Below, in pieces: positions 9,208 through 18,530 of a stretch of 64,000 bases of DNA. Source of the stretch: a virus (taxonomy: Duplodnaviria > Caudoviricetes). Position numbers and translations under genes: made by a program. The number at the start of each line of letters is the position of its first letter. Positions within the stretch are counted from its first letter, which is position 1. Under the pieces are notes generated by a model, which saw only the letters and a program-made list of their open reading frames with translations, made no database searches and was not told the origin of the DNA. Location: the IMG/VR virus record IMGVR_UViG_2930461776_000001, positions 1 to 64,000 of that record. One strand, 5' to 3'.

Positions 9208-9996
9208 ATGTCCCAGCTTCCGCCGCCCGTCCGCACCGGACGCCCCGCCGCCGAACAGAACGGCAGCAGCAACCAGTTCGCGTTCCAGCCCGCCAGCAAG
9301 GCCGGCCGCAAGGCCCGCCTTTCCATCCAGGGCCTGTCCGGCTCCGGCAAGACCTGGACCGGCCTCGGCATCTGCTACGGCCTGTCCGAGGGCCGCAAGT
9401 TCGCCGTCATCGACACCGAGAAGGGCGCAGCCAGCCTCTACGCCGGAATCGGCGGCATCCAGTTCGACACCCTCGCCATGGACCGCTACGACCCCCGCGA
9501 CCTCGCCCGAGCCCTCGACGCCGCAGCCGCGGCCGGATACCCGACCGTCTTCGTCGACAGCCTGAGCCACTTCTGGAAGGGCACCGACGGCACCCTCGAC
9601 CAGGTCGAGAAGGCCAGCAGCCGTTACGGCGGCAACAAGTTCGCCGGCTGGAAAGACGGCACCCCCATGCAGAACGACATGGTCGCCGCGATCCTCGCCT
9701 ACCCCGGCCACGTCGTCGCCTCGATGCGCTCCTACACGGAGTGGGTGCTGGAGAACGGCAAGCCGAAGCAGGTCGGCACCCGGCCCGAGCAGCGCAAGGG
9801 CATCGAGTACGAGTTCGACGTCGCCGTCGCGATGGACATCGACAACACCCTCGAAGTCCTCAAGTCCCGCTGCCCGGCCCTGAACCGCAAGGTCATCCAG
9901 CGCCCGCAGGGAGCCCGCGACATCGCCGGCCCGCTCCTCGCCTGGCTCGCCGCCGAACCGACGGCGTCGACGCCCGCACCCGAGACCACCGAGTAG
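9208..9996 (+). CDS. Sak4-like (AAA_24) ATPase/annealase
   Basis: Walker A GLSGSGKT, IDTE, VDSLSHFW, EYEFD; follows the exonuclease. Confidence 0.85.
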   Translation: MSQLPPPVRTGRPAAEQNGSSNQFAFQPASKAGRKARLSIQGLSGSGKTWTGLGICYGLSEGRKFAVIDTEKGAASLYAGIGGIQFDTLAMDRYDPRDLARALDAAAAAGYPTVFVDSLSHFWKGTDGTLDQVEKASSRYGGNKFAGWKDGTPMQNDMVAAILAYPGHVVASMRSYTEWVLENGKPKQVGTRPEQRKGIEYEFDVAVAMDIDNTLEVLKSRCPALNRKVIQRPQGARDIAGPLLAWLAAEPTASTPAPETTE

Positions 9997-10056
9997 CCCG
10001 CACACGCCTGAGCCGGCCGCGGGCAATGCGGCCGGCTCCAGAACCAAGGACACCAC

Positions 10057-10449
10057 ATGACCCGTCGTCTGTCTGTCGCTGAGCGTCTCGCGTCCACCGA
10101 GAAGGACGCCCTCCTCGACGACATCACCCGTCACTCCGAATGGGACCGCTTCCTCGTCGAGCAGGCCGTCCTCCACTTCGGCGAACAGCGCGCCGAGTGG
10201 AGCTGCAACGACCTCCGCGAGGTGCTGCCCGAGCTCAGCCCCGGCTTCCTCGGCGCTGCAATCAACAGCCTCCGCACCGCCGGAGTCATCGAGCACACCG
10301 GCCGCATGGTTCCGTCCACCCAGGCCAGTACGCACGGGCATCGCATCAGTGTCTGGCAGCTGACGGCGAAGGGCCGCGGGATAGCTGCCGCCCGTCAGGC
10401 TGCCCGCCGCATCAAGGCCCGCATCGAGCAGCGGGGAGCCGCCGCATGA
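10057..10449 (+). CDS. Hypothetical wHTH-like protein
   Basis: AAGGA RBS; SCNDLR...INSLRTAGVI...WQLTAKG. Confidence 0.65.
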   Translation: MTRRLSVAERLASTEKDALLDDITRHSEWDRFLVEQAVLHFGEQRAEWSCNDLREVLPELSPGFLGAAINSLRTAGVIEHTGRMVPSTQASTHGHRISVWQLTAKGRGIAAARQAARRIKARIEQRGAAA

Positions 10450-11000
10450 TCCCCCTCGACCTGACCCCCGAAGAGAAGCAGGTCATTCGACAGCGCTTCC
10501 TGGCGAAAGTCGAGCAGGGCCCTGACTGCTGGACCTGGAAGGGAGTCGCGCAGACCCGCGGCGGCCGAGGACGGATGCGGATCAAGAACCGTGTCTATTA
10601 CGCCTACCGCGTCGCCTACGCGCTGGAACACGGCTCGCTCCCCGCCAACCTCGGTATCTGCCACCGCTGCGACAACCCGGCCTGTGTCCGGCCCGACCAC
10701 CTCTTCGCCGGCACCCAGGCAGACAACGTCACCGACATGGACAGGAAGGGCCGACGTAAGAACTCGCCCCGGTACGGACGTGACCACCACAAGGTGACGA
10801 CCACCGACGATCAGGTCGCTTGGGCCATTGCCATGTACCGCAGTGGCCGGATGACCCAGACGCTCATAGGCCAGATCCTCGGCGTCAAGCAGCAGACGGT
10901 CAGCGGATGGGTCCATGGACAGGTGCGCAGCACCACCGCGAAGGGCCGGCTCATTGCCGCCAAGCGGAATGCCGCACGCACTCAGCGGAAGGCGGCGTGA
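10446..11000 (+). CDS. HNH homing endonuclease with C-terminal HTH
   Basis: RFLAKV...CWTW...CHRCDNPACVRPDHL..GTQADN. Confidence 0.9.
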   Translation: MIPLDLTPEEKQVIRQRFLAKVEQGPDCWTWKGVAQTRGGRGRMRIKNRVYYAYRVAYALEHGSLPANLGICHRCDNPACVRPDHLFAGTQADNVTDMDRKGRRKNSPRYGRDHHKVTTTDDQVAWAIAMYRSGRMTQTLIGQILGVKQQTVSGWVHGQVRSTTAKGRLIAAKRNAARTQRKAA

Positions 11001-11101
11001 TGAAGGACATCGCCCTCTACCTCGCCAGCGCCGGCCTCTGCCTCAGCGTCGTCGCCGTCATCGCAACCCTCGCCGACCGGCGGCACAGGAGGCGGCGATG
11101 A
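11000..11101 (+). CDS. Small membrane protein
   Basis: TGATG coupling, hydrophobic. Confidence 0.45.
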   Translation: MKDIALYLASAGLCLSVVAVIATLADRRHRRRR

Positions 11102-11358
11102 CACCCGCACAGATCGACACCGTCACCAACGGACTCATCAACCTCCACGCGTTCGTCGCCGAGTACGCGCCCGCACTCATCGCCTTCGCCATCGCCGGCA
11201 CCTGCTGGTGGTCCATGTGGCGCTGGAACCAGCGGCAAAACCGCAGGCAGGCCCTCGTCGACGACGGCATCCGGCAGCTGGAGCAGTACGCCAACGACCC
11301 CGACACCCGCCGACTCCAAGACGACACCCACACCCAGCCCCGTGAGGAGGAACTGTGA
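11098..11358 (+). CDS. Small membrane protein
   Basis: AGGAGG RBS, one transmembrane segment. Confidence 0.55.
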   Translation: MTPAQIDTVTNGLINLHAFVAEYAPALIAFAIAGTCWWSMWRWNQRQNRRQALVDDGIRQLEQYANDPDTRRLQDDTHTQPREEEL

Positions 11359-12143
11359 ACACCGCCGTCCACGTCCCGTCCCGAGCCTGCTACCAGCGCG
11401 GCTGCCAGCTGCCGGAGTGCGCACGCGAGGACTACGTCTACCGCAAGCAGCTAGACCTCGATCACCTGCAGGGGCGCCGCCGCATGGTCGACGCCACCCA
11501 GGCCCGTATCCACATCGAGCGCCTCCAGGCCAACAACTGGACTTACGCGCAGATCGGCAATGCAGGAGGGGTCTCAGAGAGCGCCGTCCACGCCATCGCC
11601 ATGGGGCAGTCGGAAGCTCGCGCCAGCACCGTCCTCGGCATCCTGTCCGCCCCCGTCACGGCCAGGATGGAGCAGACCGTCGACGCCACCGGAACACGGC
11701 GCCGCATCCAGGCCCTCATGTACATCGGCCACACCGGCCGAACTATCGGCGAGCACGCCGGATACAGCGCCGACTGGATGCGCCGCATCGCCGCTGGATG
11801 GGTGCGGGCCGTGAACCTGGCGACCGCGGCCGCAGTCAAGCGCGCATACCGGCAGCTCGTCGCCAGGCCCGGCGCGAGCAGCAGGACGCGGGCCTACGCC
11901 CGACGGCACAACTGGCGCGGCCCGCTCGCCTGGAGCGACATCGACGACCCCAGCTGCAAGCCCGAGGCCAGCCGCAGGTCGCGGGCCAAGGACGGTGCAC
12001 GCGCGGCCCGCATCGACCCGGGGCGCGTCGCCGAACTCACCGCGGCAGGCCGCTCCACCCGGCAGATCGCCGACGAACTGGGCTGCCACAAGCGGACCGT
12101 CACCCGCGTCCGGCGCCGCGCCGAGATCGGGGTGGCGGCGTGA
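11355..12143 (+). CDS. Multi-HTH DNA-binding protein
   Basis: N-terminal CYQRGC..C; HTH motifs including STRQIADELGCHKRTVTR. Confidence 0.75.
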   Translation: MNTAVHVPSRACYQRGCQLPECAREDYVYRKQLDLDHLQGRRRMVDATQARIHIERLQANNWTYAQIGNAGGVSESAVHAIAMGQSEARASTVLGILSAPVTARMEQTVDATGTRRRIQALMYIGHTGRTIGEHAGYSADWMRRIAAGWVRAVNLATAAAVKRAYRQLVARPGASSRTRAYARRHNWRGPLAWSDIDDPSCKPEASRRSRAKDGARAARIDPGRVAELTAAGRSTRQIADELGCHKRTVTRVRRRAEIGVAA

Positions 12144-12961
12144 CGACCACGACCCCGCAGCTGCTCGAGGCGCTGCACGCCCACTACATCAAGCCCGAAG
12201 ACCGCCTCTCCCAGGCCGGCGCCGGAGCCGTCTTCCTCACCGAAGTCACCGCCCCCGGCGGCAACCGGCGAGCCGACGCCGTCTACCTCGGCCTCTGGCA
12301 GTCCCGCGGCGCCGGCGACATCGACGTCTGCGAACTCAAGACCTCGAGGTCCGACTGGCGCCGCGAACTCGACAACCCCGCCAAAGCTGAGGCGTGGTGG
12401 CCCTACAGCAGCCGCTTCTGGATCGTCGCACCCAGCACCGACATCGTGCCCGCCGAAGAGGTCCCCGACGGCTGGGGGCTGATGGTGCCCGGCACTCGAG
12501 GCCGCCGCTTCAAGACCATCGTCAAGCCGGCCGTCCGCGAGCCCAAGCTGTCGATGGGGTTGCTGCTCACCCTGCTCAAGAACACCGAGACGACGCGCAC
12601 CAACCAGCTGCGGACGCAGAGCATGCAGCTCCAGCAGGAGCACCACAACCGCGAGCAGCAACTCCGCCGCGAGCTCACCTCCAAGAACGACCCCGAGGTC
12701 AAGCGACGCCTCGAGGCCCTCGACGAGCTCGAGAAGAACCTCGGCATCCAGATCGGCAGCTCCAGCTGGCGACAGCAGATCGAACCCGCACTCGCCGGCC
12801 GCGCCATCGCCGACTACATCCGCGAAGCCGACGCCCGAGACAAGGCGCTCAACGGCATCAACTGGCAGGCCCGTGAGCTCGAGCGCCTCTCGCAACAACT
12901 CGCCGAAGCGGCCAGCGAACTACGCGCCGTACCCGCCAGCCGGCAGACGCCGGCCGCCTAG
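12140..12961 (+). CDS. MmcB-like PD-(D/E)XK nuclease-domain protein
   Basis: EV...RRADA...CELKTSRSDWRREL..P.K, followed by a coiled coil. Confidence 0.7.
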   Translation: MTTTTPQLLEALHAHYIKPEDRLSQAGAGAVFLTEVTAPGGNRRADAVYLGLWQSRGAGDIDVCELKTSRSDWRRELDNPAKAEAWWPYSSRFWIVAPSTDIVPAEEVPDGWGLMVPGTRGRRFKTIVKPAVREPKLSMGLLLTLLKNTETTRTNQLRTQSMQLQQEHHNREQQLRRELTSKNDPEVKRRLEALDELEKNLGIQIGSSSWRQQIEPALAGRAIADYIREADARDKALNGINWQARELERLSQQLAEAASELRAVPASRQTPAA

Positions 12962-12975
12962 CCCGGACACGACAC

Positions 12976-12998
12976 AGGCCCCGCTGCTGCGGGGCCTG
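12976..12998. terminator. Hairpin between convergent genes
   Basis: AGGCCCCGC-loop-GCGGGGCCT. Confidence 0.5.
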
Positions 12999-13018
12999 GA
13001 GGAGAGGAAGCGATGAGG

Positions 13019-13225
13019 TCAGGACTCGTCGTTGAGACGCTGCAGCCGGCGCTCGATCGCGGCTTGCGTGGCCTGCTTCTTGCGCCAGGCCTCGACGCGG
13101 GCGTGCGCGTGGCGGCGCAGGTCGTCGGCACGCGACGTTCCCTCCGCGGCGCACAGCTCCCCGTAAGCGGCCCAGGTCTCGTCGTCGATACGGACCATGC
13201 GGCCAGGGGTTCCCTTGGTCGTCAT
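13019..13225 (-). CDS. Ribbon-helix-helix-like small DNA-binding protein
   Basis: TPGRMVRIDDETWAAY...GTSRADDLR fits the RHH pattern. Confidence 0.6.
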   Translation of the reverse strand: MTTKGTPGRMVRIDDETWAAYGELCAAEGTSRADDLRRHAHARVEAWRKKQATQAAIERRLQRLNDES

Positions 13226-13447
13226 GCCGCCAGCGTAGCTGACCGTGCAGTGACTGGTCACCACGGCCGTCGTCAGCTTCCTCATCTCTCCTCCAGTTGT
13301 ATTGCTGATGTGTTGCGGGTGACTATACACCCTGAGGTAGGGTGGAGGCGTGCCAAGGCGGCACCAGATCCACAGAAGAAGCCGCCCTGAAGGGCTTGGT
13401 TCCGTGCGCCCAAAAGCCCCCAATCAGCACTCTCCGAAAGAAGATCA

Positions 13448-14209
13448 ATGGCCGTCTCTAAGCGCCTCCGATATGAGATCCTCCGGCGGGACAACCACGC
13501 CTGTCGGTACTGCGGCGCCGCGGCGCCGAGTGTGAAACTCAACGTCGATCACGTCATCCCGACGTCCCTCGGCGGCAACGACAGGCCCGAGAACCTCGTC
13601 ACCGCCTGCGCCGACTGCAATAGCGGCAAGACCAGCAGCCTGCCCAACGCGGAACCCGTTGCGGACGTCGACCAGGAAGCCTTCCGCCATGCGGCACAGC
13701 TGCGGCGCGAAGAGAAGCAGCGGCACGACATCATCGCCATCCACCTCTGCATGGTGTGGGAGTGGGCCTACGACAAGACCGGCCGCACCCCATCGCAGCA
13801 GGAAAAGCGCTGGTTCATGGAGGAGACCTACAAGGTTCTCGCCTGCGGCTACTCGGGGCAGATCGATCTCACCGAGCCCGCCTACAAGGCCGGACTCCAG
13901 AACGCGCTGGACCTTCAGTCCTACATCGAACTGCCATGGCGTGAGGCTTCCGTAGTTGACGGCCGATTCCTCGCAACTCTCGACGCCGTAGAGGCCTGGT
14001 CGACCGCGTGGAATGTGGCAGCGAAGGACCGTGACCCCTACCTGCACGAGACGAAAGAAGTCGTCGCCGCAATCCATCGGTTGCTCGATCACGGCCACGC
14101 GCGAGCCGTCATCACCTACGCCGCTTGCCGCGCCGGAGGCGAACTCAGGGTGGACGTTGAGAGCTTCCTCAGCCCGGCGTCCGAGGCGGCTGCGGACGGG
14201 GTTCTCTGA
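13448..14209 (+). CDS. HNH endonuclease-domain protein
   Basis: RYEILRRDNHACRYCG...DHVIP...GG.D..NLVTACADCNSGK. Confidence 0.9.
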   Translation: MAVSKRLRYEILRRDNHACRYCGAAAPSVKLNVDHVIPTSLGGNDRPENLVTACADCNSGKTSSLPNAEPVADVDQEAFRHAAQLRREEKQRHDIIAIHLCMVWEWAYDKTGRTPSQQEKRWFMEETYKVLACGYSGQIDLTEPAYKAGLQNALDLQSYIELPWREASVVDGRFLATLDAVEAWSTAWNVAAKDRDPYLHETKEVVAAIHRLLDHGHARAVITYAACRAGGELRVDVESFLSPASEAAADGVL

Positions 14210-15072
14210 TGGCTCGCATTCGGTCGATCAAACCGGAGTTCTTCACCTCGCTCACGATCGCCGACCTGCCCCTGTCCGCACGGCTCACCTTCATCGGGCT
14301 GTGGACCTACGTCGACGACAACGGCGTTGGGCCGGCCGACCCGCGGCTGATCCGTGCCGCGATCTGGCCCCTCGAAGAGACTCCAGACATCCTCCAGAGG
14401 ACTCGCGAGGATCTCCAGAGCCTTCAGGCGGCCCGCCTCATCACCCTGTACGAGGCCTCCGGACGGCCTCTCGTGATGGTGAACAGCTGGGCCGAGCACC
14501 AAAAGGTCAGCCACCCACGGAAGCCGCGCTTCCCGGCGCTCGACGAGCTCCCGCAGTGCCGTGACCAGGACTCTTCCGCCACTCCGGAGGATTCCCAGAG
14601 TCCTCCGGAAGATCGCCAGAGCGCTCTGGAGGATGACGCCCCTGAGCAGGGAGCAGGGAGCAGGGAGCAGGGAAAAGGAATTGAGGGAAATTCGGAGGCT
14701 GCCACCTCCGACGAATCCCCACCGCGCCCCGATGTCGAGCGCGTCTGTGAGCACCTGGCCGCCGTGATTGAGAAAGGCGGCGGCAAGAAGCAGCGGATCT
14801 CGAAGACGTGGCGCAACGACGTCCGGCTGCTGCTCGACGTCGACGGCGTAACGCCCGAGCAGGCAATCACCGCCATCGACTGGGCCCACGCCGACGACTT
14901 CTGGAACGCCCACATCCTCAGCCCCGGGAAGCTCCGGGCGAAGTACGAAACCCTCCGCCGCCAGGCACTGACGCAGCAGCGCAAGCGCGCCCCGCAGGGG
15001 CCGCCAACGGCGCCCCACGACACCCAATCGATGACCGATGAGGAGAAGAAGAGTGTCCTCCAGTTCCGCTGA
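14209..15072 (+). CDS. Phage replication initiator
   Basis: MARIRSIKPEFF N-terminus; WAHADDFW..HILSPGKLRAKY C-terminus; upstream of loader and helicase. Confidence 0.8.
   Translation: MARIRSIKPEFFTSLTIADLPLSARLTFIGLWTYVDDNGVGPADPRLIRAAIWPLEETPDILQRTREDLQSLQAARLITLYEASGRPLVMVNSWAEHQKVSHPRKPRFPALDELPQCRDQDSSATPEDSQSPPEDRQSALEDDAPEQGAGSREQGKGIEGNSEAATSDESPPRPDVERVCEHLAAVIEKGGGKKQRISKTWRNDVRLLLDVDGVTPEQAITAIDWAHADDFWNAHILSPGKLRAKYETLRRQALTQQRKRAPQGPPTAPHDTQSMTDEEKKSVLQFR
14582..14690 (+). repeat. Iterons and purine tract; putative replication origin inside the initiator gene
   Basis: CTCYGGARGAT at 14582, 14603 and 14624 (21-bp period); (GAGCAGG)x4 at 14644-14671; then an A-rich tract. Confidence 0.6.
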
Positions 15073-15673
15073 CGAGCTCAGCCCACGCGAATCCGTCCTG
15101 CTGGAGCGCCAGTCAGTGGCGCTGAACCAGTTCGACGAGTCGACTCCGGACATCTACCGCCGTCCGATCCCGCTGCCGAAGCAGGTGCAGGACTGGATCG
15201 GCGGCTGGGGCGGTCGGAGCTTGTTCCTGACCGGCGCGATCGGGGTCGGCAAGACCCACACCGCCTGGAAGACATGCCGGCGCTGGCTGGAAGCGCAGTA
15301 CGGTCCGGGGCAGCCGTGGCAGGGCACGCCGATCATCAAGCCCTTCCGGTCGACGGCCTTGTTCGATGCGCTTCGCCCGGACGCCCCCGAGGGGGAGGGG
15401 CGTTCGCTGGTGAAGAAGCTGCAGCAGGTGGATCTGCTGTTCGTCGACGATCTAGCCGCTGCCCGTCCGTCGACGTGGACGCAGGAGCGCCTGTTCGAGA
15501 TCTTCGACGAGCGGTACATCCGCCGGCGCCCCGTGATCATCACGTGCGACGTTCTGCCGAACGCCCTGTCCGAGGTGACCGGTCCACGAGTCGCCTCGCG
15601 GCTGGCGGAGATGTGCGGCACCAGCATCGTCCTGCTTGAGGGCCCGGACCGCCGGCAGGGGGCTGCCGCGTGA
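15053..15673 (+). CDS. DnaC/IstB-like helicase loader ATPase
   Basis: Walker A GAIGVGKT, Walker B LLFVDDL, RVASRL, GPDRR. Start uncertain (15038 or 15053). Confidence 0.85.
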   Translation: MSSSSADELSPRESVLLERQSVALNQFDESTPDIYRRPIPLPKQVQDWIGGWGGRSLFLTGAIGVGKTHTAWKTCRRWLEAQYGPGQPWQGTPIIKPFRSTALFDALRPDAPEGEGRSLVKKLQQVDLLFVDDLAAARPSTWTQERLFEIFDERYIRRRPVIITCDVLPNALSEVTGPRVASRLAEMCGTSIVLLEGPDRRQGAAA

Positions 15674-17037
15674 GCACCGACATGGACCTGTGGGACGCGG
15701 ACGAGGCTGCCGCGCTCGTTCCCGCCGGCAACGTGGAGGCCGAGCGGATCCTTGCCGCCACCGCCATGGCTGACCCTGGCTGCGTCGACGAGATGGCCGC
15801 GAAGGGCTTTGACCCTGCGGACATCTCCGACGAGCGCTACCGCATGGTGTGGTTCGCGGTCGAAGACCTCGCCGGGTCGATGGCGTCGTCAGCAATCCGC
15901 TGGCAGGCGGTCGCCCACAAGCTGCAGGTGTGGCATGGCGAGGGCCGCATGGTGGCCAGGCCTCTCACGGAGAACGAGCTCGGCGAGCTGTACATGTCGG
16001 CGATCCCCGGGGCCGCCGAGTACTGGGCTACCGCAGTGACCAAGGCCGCGGTCGCCAGCCGAGCCCGAACGCTCGGCTCGATGATCCACGTGAAGGCGTC
16101 GTCCCCGGCGTTCGACCCAGACACTGATGTCGCCGCGATCCAGTCAGAGGTCGACAACCTGGTGCGGCCTGCGGGCCAGTCGCAGATGGTCGACCTCGGA
16201 GATCTGCTACCGGACGTGCTGGTGCGCGCCACGACGCCGCCGACGAACGAGGACCGCGTGCCGACCGGCGTCATCGACCTGGACGCCCTCCTGTCGGGCG
16301 GATTCGCGCCCGGCCAGGTGGTCGTCATTGCGGCCCGGCCAGCGACAGGCAAGACCACGATCGCCGCCGGATTCGCCCGCGCCGCCGCGTTCACCAACAA
16401 GATCCCGTCGGCGATCTGGTCGCTGGAGATGGGCCGCGAGGAGCTGGCGACGTCGATCCTCTGCGGCGAAGTCAAGATTGCCCTGCATCACGTGAAGCAG
16501 GGAATCGTCGAGGACGCGATCGTCGCGCGGGCAGCGGCGAGGCTCCCTGAACTGGCCGCCGCACCCCTCAAGATCGACGACAACCCGTACCTGACGCTGC
16601 CCGGTCTGCGCGCCAGCATCCGCAACCTGGTCCGAACATTCGGCTTGAAGATCGCCTTCATCGACTACCTGCAGCTGATGCAGGCACCGCCGGCCGAGAA
16701 CCGCCAGGTCGCCGTGTCGATGATCTCTCGGGCCTTGAAGCTGATGGCCAAGGAGTTCGGCATCACGATCGTCGTGCTCGCTCAGCTCAACCGCGGTCCC
16801 GAGCAGCGCACCGACAAGGTGCCGATGGTGTCCGACCTGCGCGAGTCCGGCTCCATCGAGCAGGACGCGGACATCGTGATCCTGCTGCACCGCCCCGACA
16901 TGTACGAGCGGGAATCCCCGCGCGCCGGCGAAGCAGACCTCATCGTCGGCAAGCACCGCGGCGGACCGATGGCCACCGTCACCGTCGCCTTCCAAGGTCA
17001 TTTTGCCCGGTTCGTTGATATGGCGGCCGACGCATGA
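15670..17037 (+). CDS. dnaB: Replicative DNA helicase
   Basis: AARPATGKT, SLEM, IDYLQLM, AQLNR, DLRESGSIEQDAD, KHRGG. Confidence 0.95.
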   Translation: MSTDMDLWDADEAAALVPAGNVEAERILAATAMADPGCVDEMAAKGFDPADISDERYRMVWFAVEDLAGSMASSAIRWQAVAHKLQVWHGEGRMVARPLTENELGELYMSAIPGAAEYWATAVTKAAVASRARTLGSMIHVKASSPAFDPDTDVAAIQSEVDNLVRPAGQSQMVDLGDLLPDVLVRATTPPTNEDRVPTGVIDLDALLSGGFAPGQVVVIAARPATGKTTIAAGFARAAAFTNKIPSAIWSLEMGREELATSILCGEVKIALHHVKQGIVEDAIVARAAARLPELAAAPLKIDDNPYLTLPGLRASIRNLVRTFGLKIAFIDYLQLMQAPPAENRQVAVSMISRALKLMAKEFGITIVVLAQLNRGPEQRTDKVPMVSDLRESGSIEQDADIVILLHRPDMYERESPRAGEADLIVGKHRGGPMATVTVAFQGHFARFVDMAADA

Positions 17038-17306
17038 ATCAGCCCACCGCAGAAGACATCGCCGCCCTGAAAGCCGACGGCGACCTCGAGGACTACTTCC
17101 GCTCGCTGATCGGCCGCCCCGCCAAGCCGAAGCCGGCCCTGTCCGCAGTTCCGGAACCCGGCTACCGGATCACCCACACCGGCGGCTGGCCCCTCGGCAC
17201 CGCCGCCACGGGCCCCACCCCGCCGCCCGACGTGTGCACCTGCGCCCGATGCGGCGGCAACCCGAACGCCCGGCCCCACCGGCACCAGGAAGGAGACGCC
17301 GCATGA
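17034..17306 (+). CDS. Hypothetical protein with CxCxxC
   Basis: ATGA coupling; CTCARC. Confidence 0.6.
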   Translation: MNQPTAEDIAALKADGDLEDYFRSLIGRPAKPKPALSAVPEPGYRITHTGGWPLGTAATGPTPPPDVCTCARCGGNPNARPHRHQEGDAA

Positions 17307-18334
17307 CCAACCTCAGCCTCTGCTCCGGCGCCGGCACCCTCGACCTGGCCGTCGAGCAGATCACCGGCAACAAGACGCTGGTCTACGCCGAGAACGACCC
17401 GTTCGCCGCCCGCGTCATGGCCGCCCGCTTCCCGTGGGCCACAAACCTCGGCGACATCACCAAAGCCGACTGGCTCGGGGTCGCCCAGCAGTACCGAATC
17501 GAGTCACTCACCGGCGGCTTCAGCTGCCAGGACATCTCCAACGCAGGACGAAAGGCAGGCATCCGTGGCACACGGTCGGGCATCTGGACGAACTTCGCTG
17601 AAGCTGTGGGCGTCATTCGACCGCGCCTCGTCTTCCTGGAGAACGTGGAAGCGCTCCGCACGAAAGACCGCGGGCTGGACGTCGTCCTCGCAGACCTGGC
17701 CGCGATCGGGTATGACGCGCGGTGGACGTGCCTACGTGCTAGCGAAGTCGGAGCCCCGCACCAGCGGTGGCGCTGGTTCGCCATCGCCTATCCGGCTGAT
17801 GCCTACCCCGTCGGCACGGGATGGCATGGGGGGGCCTGGGACCTCGCCGAAGCGCAAGGGCGGCATGAATCTGCGGACGGCGGTCTCGCAGTTGCCCCTG
17901 GCGGAGGAGCTGAGCTAGCGCTCCTGCCGACGCCGGCCGCCCGTGACTGGAAGTCGGGCGCGTCGAACCTGATGGGGCTGCGCGGGGAGGGCCGCCCCCT
18001 CAACGAGTTCGTCGTCAACATGCTCAAGGGCTCCCTGCCGGACGGGCAATGGATCTCCACGGCGGGCGTCGACTACGGGCCTGCGATCCGCCGCTGGGAG
18101 TCGATCCTCGGCCGCCCCGCGCCAGCACCCGTCGTTCGCGGGCCGCGTGGTGGTCGCGCTCTCTCCGCCCGCTTCGCCGAGTGGATGCAGGGCAACGCCG
18201 AGGGCTGGATCACCGACATCGACATCCCCCGCAACGAGCAGATCAAGATCGCCGGCAACCAGGCCATCACCCGCCAGGCCGTCGAGGGCTACCGCCGACT
18301 GCTGTGCGCCGACCTCGACGCGATGGCCGCGTGA
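17303..18334 (+). CDS. DNA (cytosine-5) methyltransferase
   Basis: Motif I SLCSGAG, IV GFSCQ (PC changed to SC), VI ENV, VIII PHQRWRWF, X GNQA; AAGGAG RBS. Confidence 0.9.
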   Translation: MTNLSLCSGAGTLDLAVEQITGNKTLVYAENDPFAARVMAARFPWATNLGDITKADWLGVAQQYRIESLTGGFSCQDISNAGRKAGIRGTRSGIWTNFAEAVGVIRPRLVFLENVEALRTKDRGLDVVLADLAAIGYDARWTCLRASEVGAPHQRWRWFAIAYPADAYPVGTGWHGGAWDLAEAQGRHESADGGLAVAPGGGAELALLPTPAARDWKSGASNLMGLRGEGRPLNEFVVNMLKGSLPDGQWISTAGVDYGPAIRRWESILGRPAPAPVVRGPRGGRALSARFAEWMQGNAEGWITDIDIPRNEQIKIAGNQAITRQAVEGYRRLLCADLDAMAA

Positions 18335-18335
18335 C

Positions 18336-18530
18336 CGCGCGTTGACCCGCGCCCGCCGTTGCCGAGACCGAAGACAAGTCTCAGCACTCCGAGCCTTTCG
18401 GCCCGGAAGGTCCGTCACATCACCAAAGCGTAAGGACTTCGGTTTGAGTACGGTCTCTCGCTTCCGTCTGCCGTTGTTGCGGCAGGGTTGCGCCACCTGC
18501 CCGCCCCGCCTCCGCCTTACGGCGGGTGCG
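18336..18530 (-). ncRNA. Predicted TnpB omega/reRNA scaffold plus flank-derived guide
   Basis: Hairpins CCGGGCCGAAAGGCTCGG and GCTGAGAC..GTCTCGGC before the CAACGG end; position matches known TnpB RNAs. Boundaries are approximate. Confidence 0.55.

Noticed and set aside
15038-15673. IS21 istB
   Set aside because: No istA; position between initiator and DnaB indicates a helicase loader.
17303-18334. Restriction-modification system
   Set aside because: No adjacent cognate restriction enzyme; orphan phage MTases are common.
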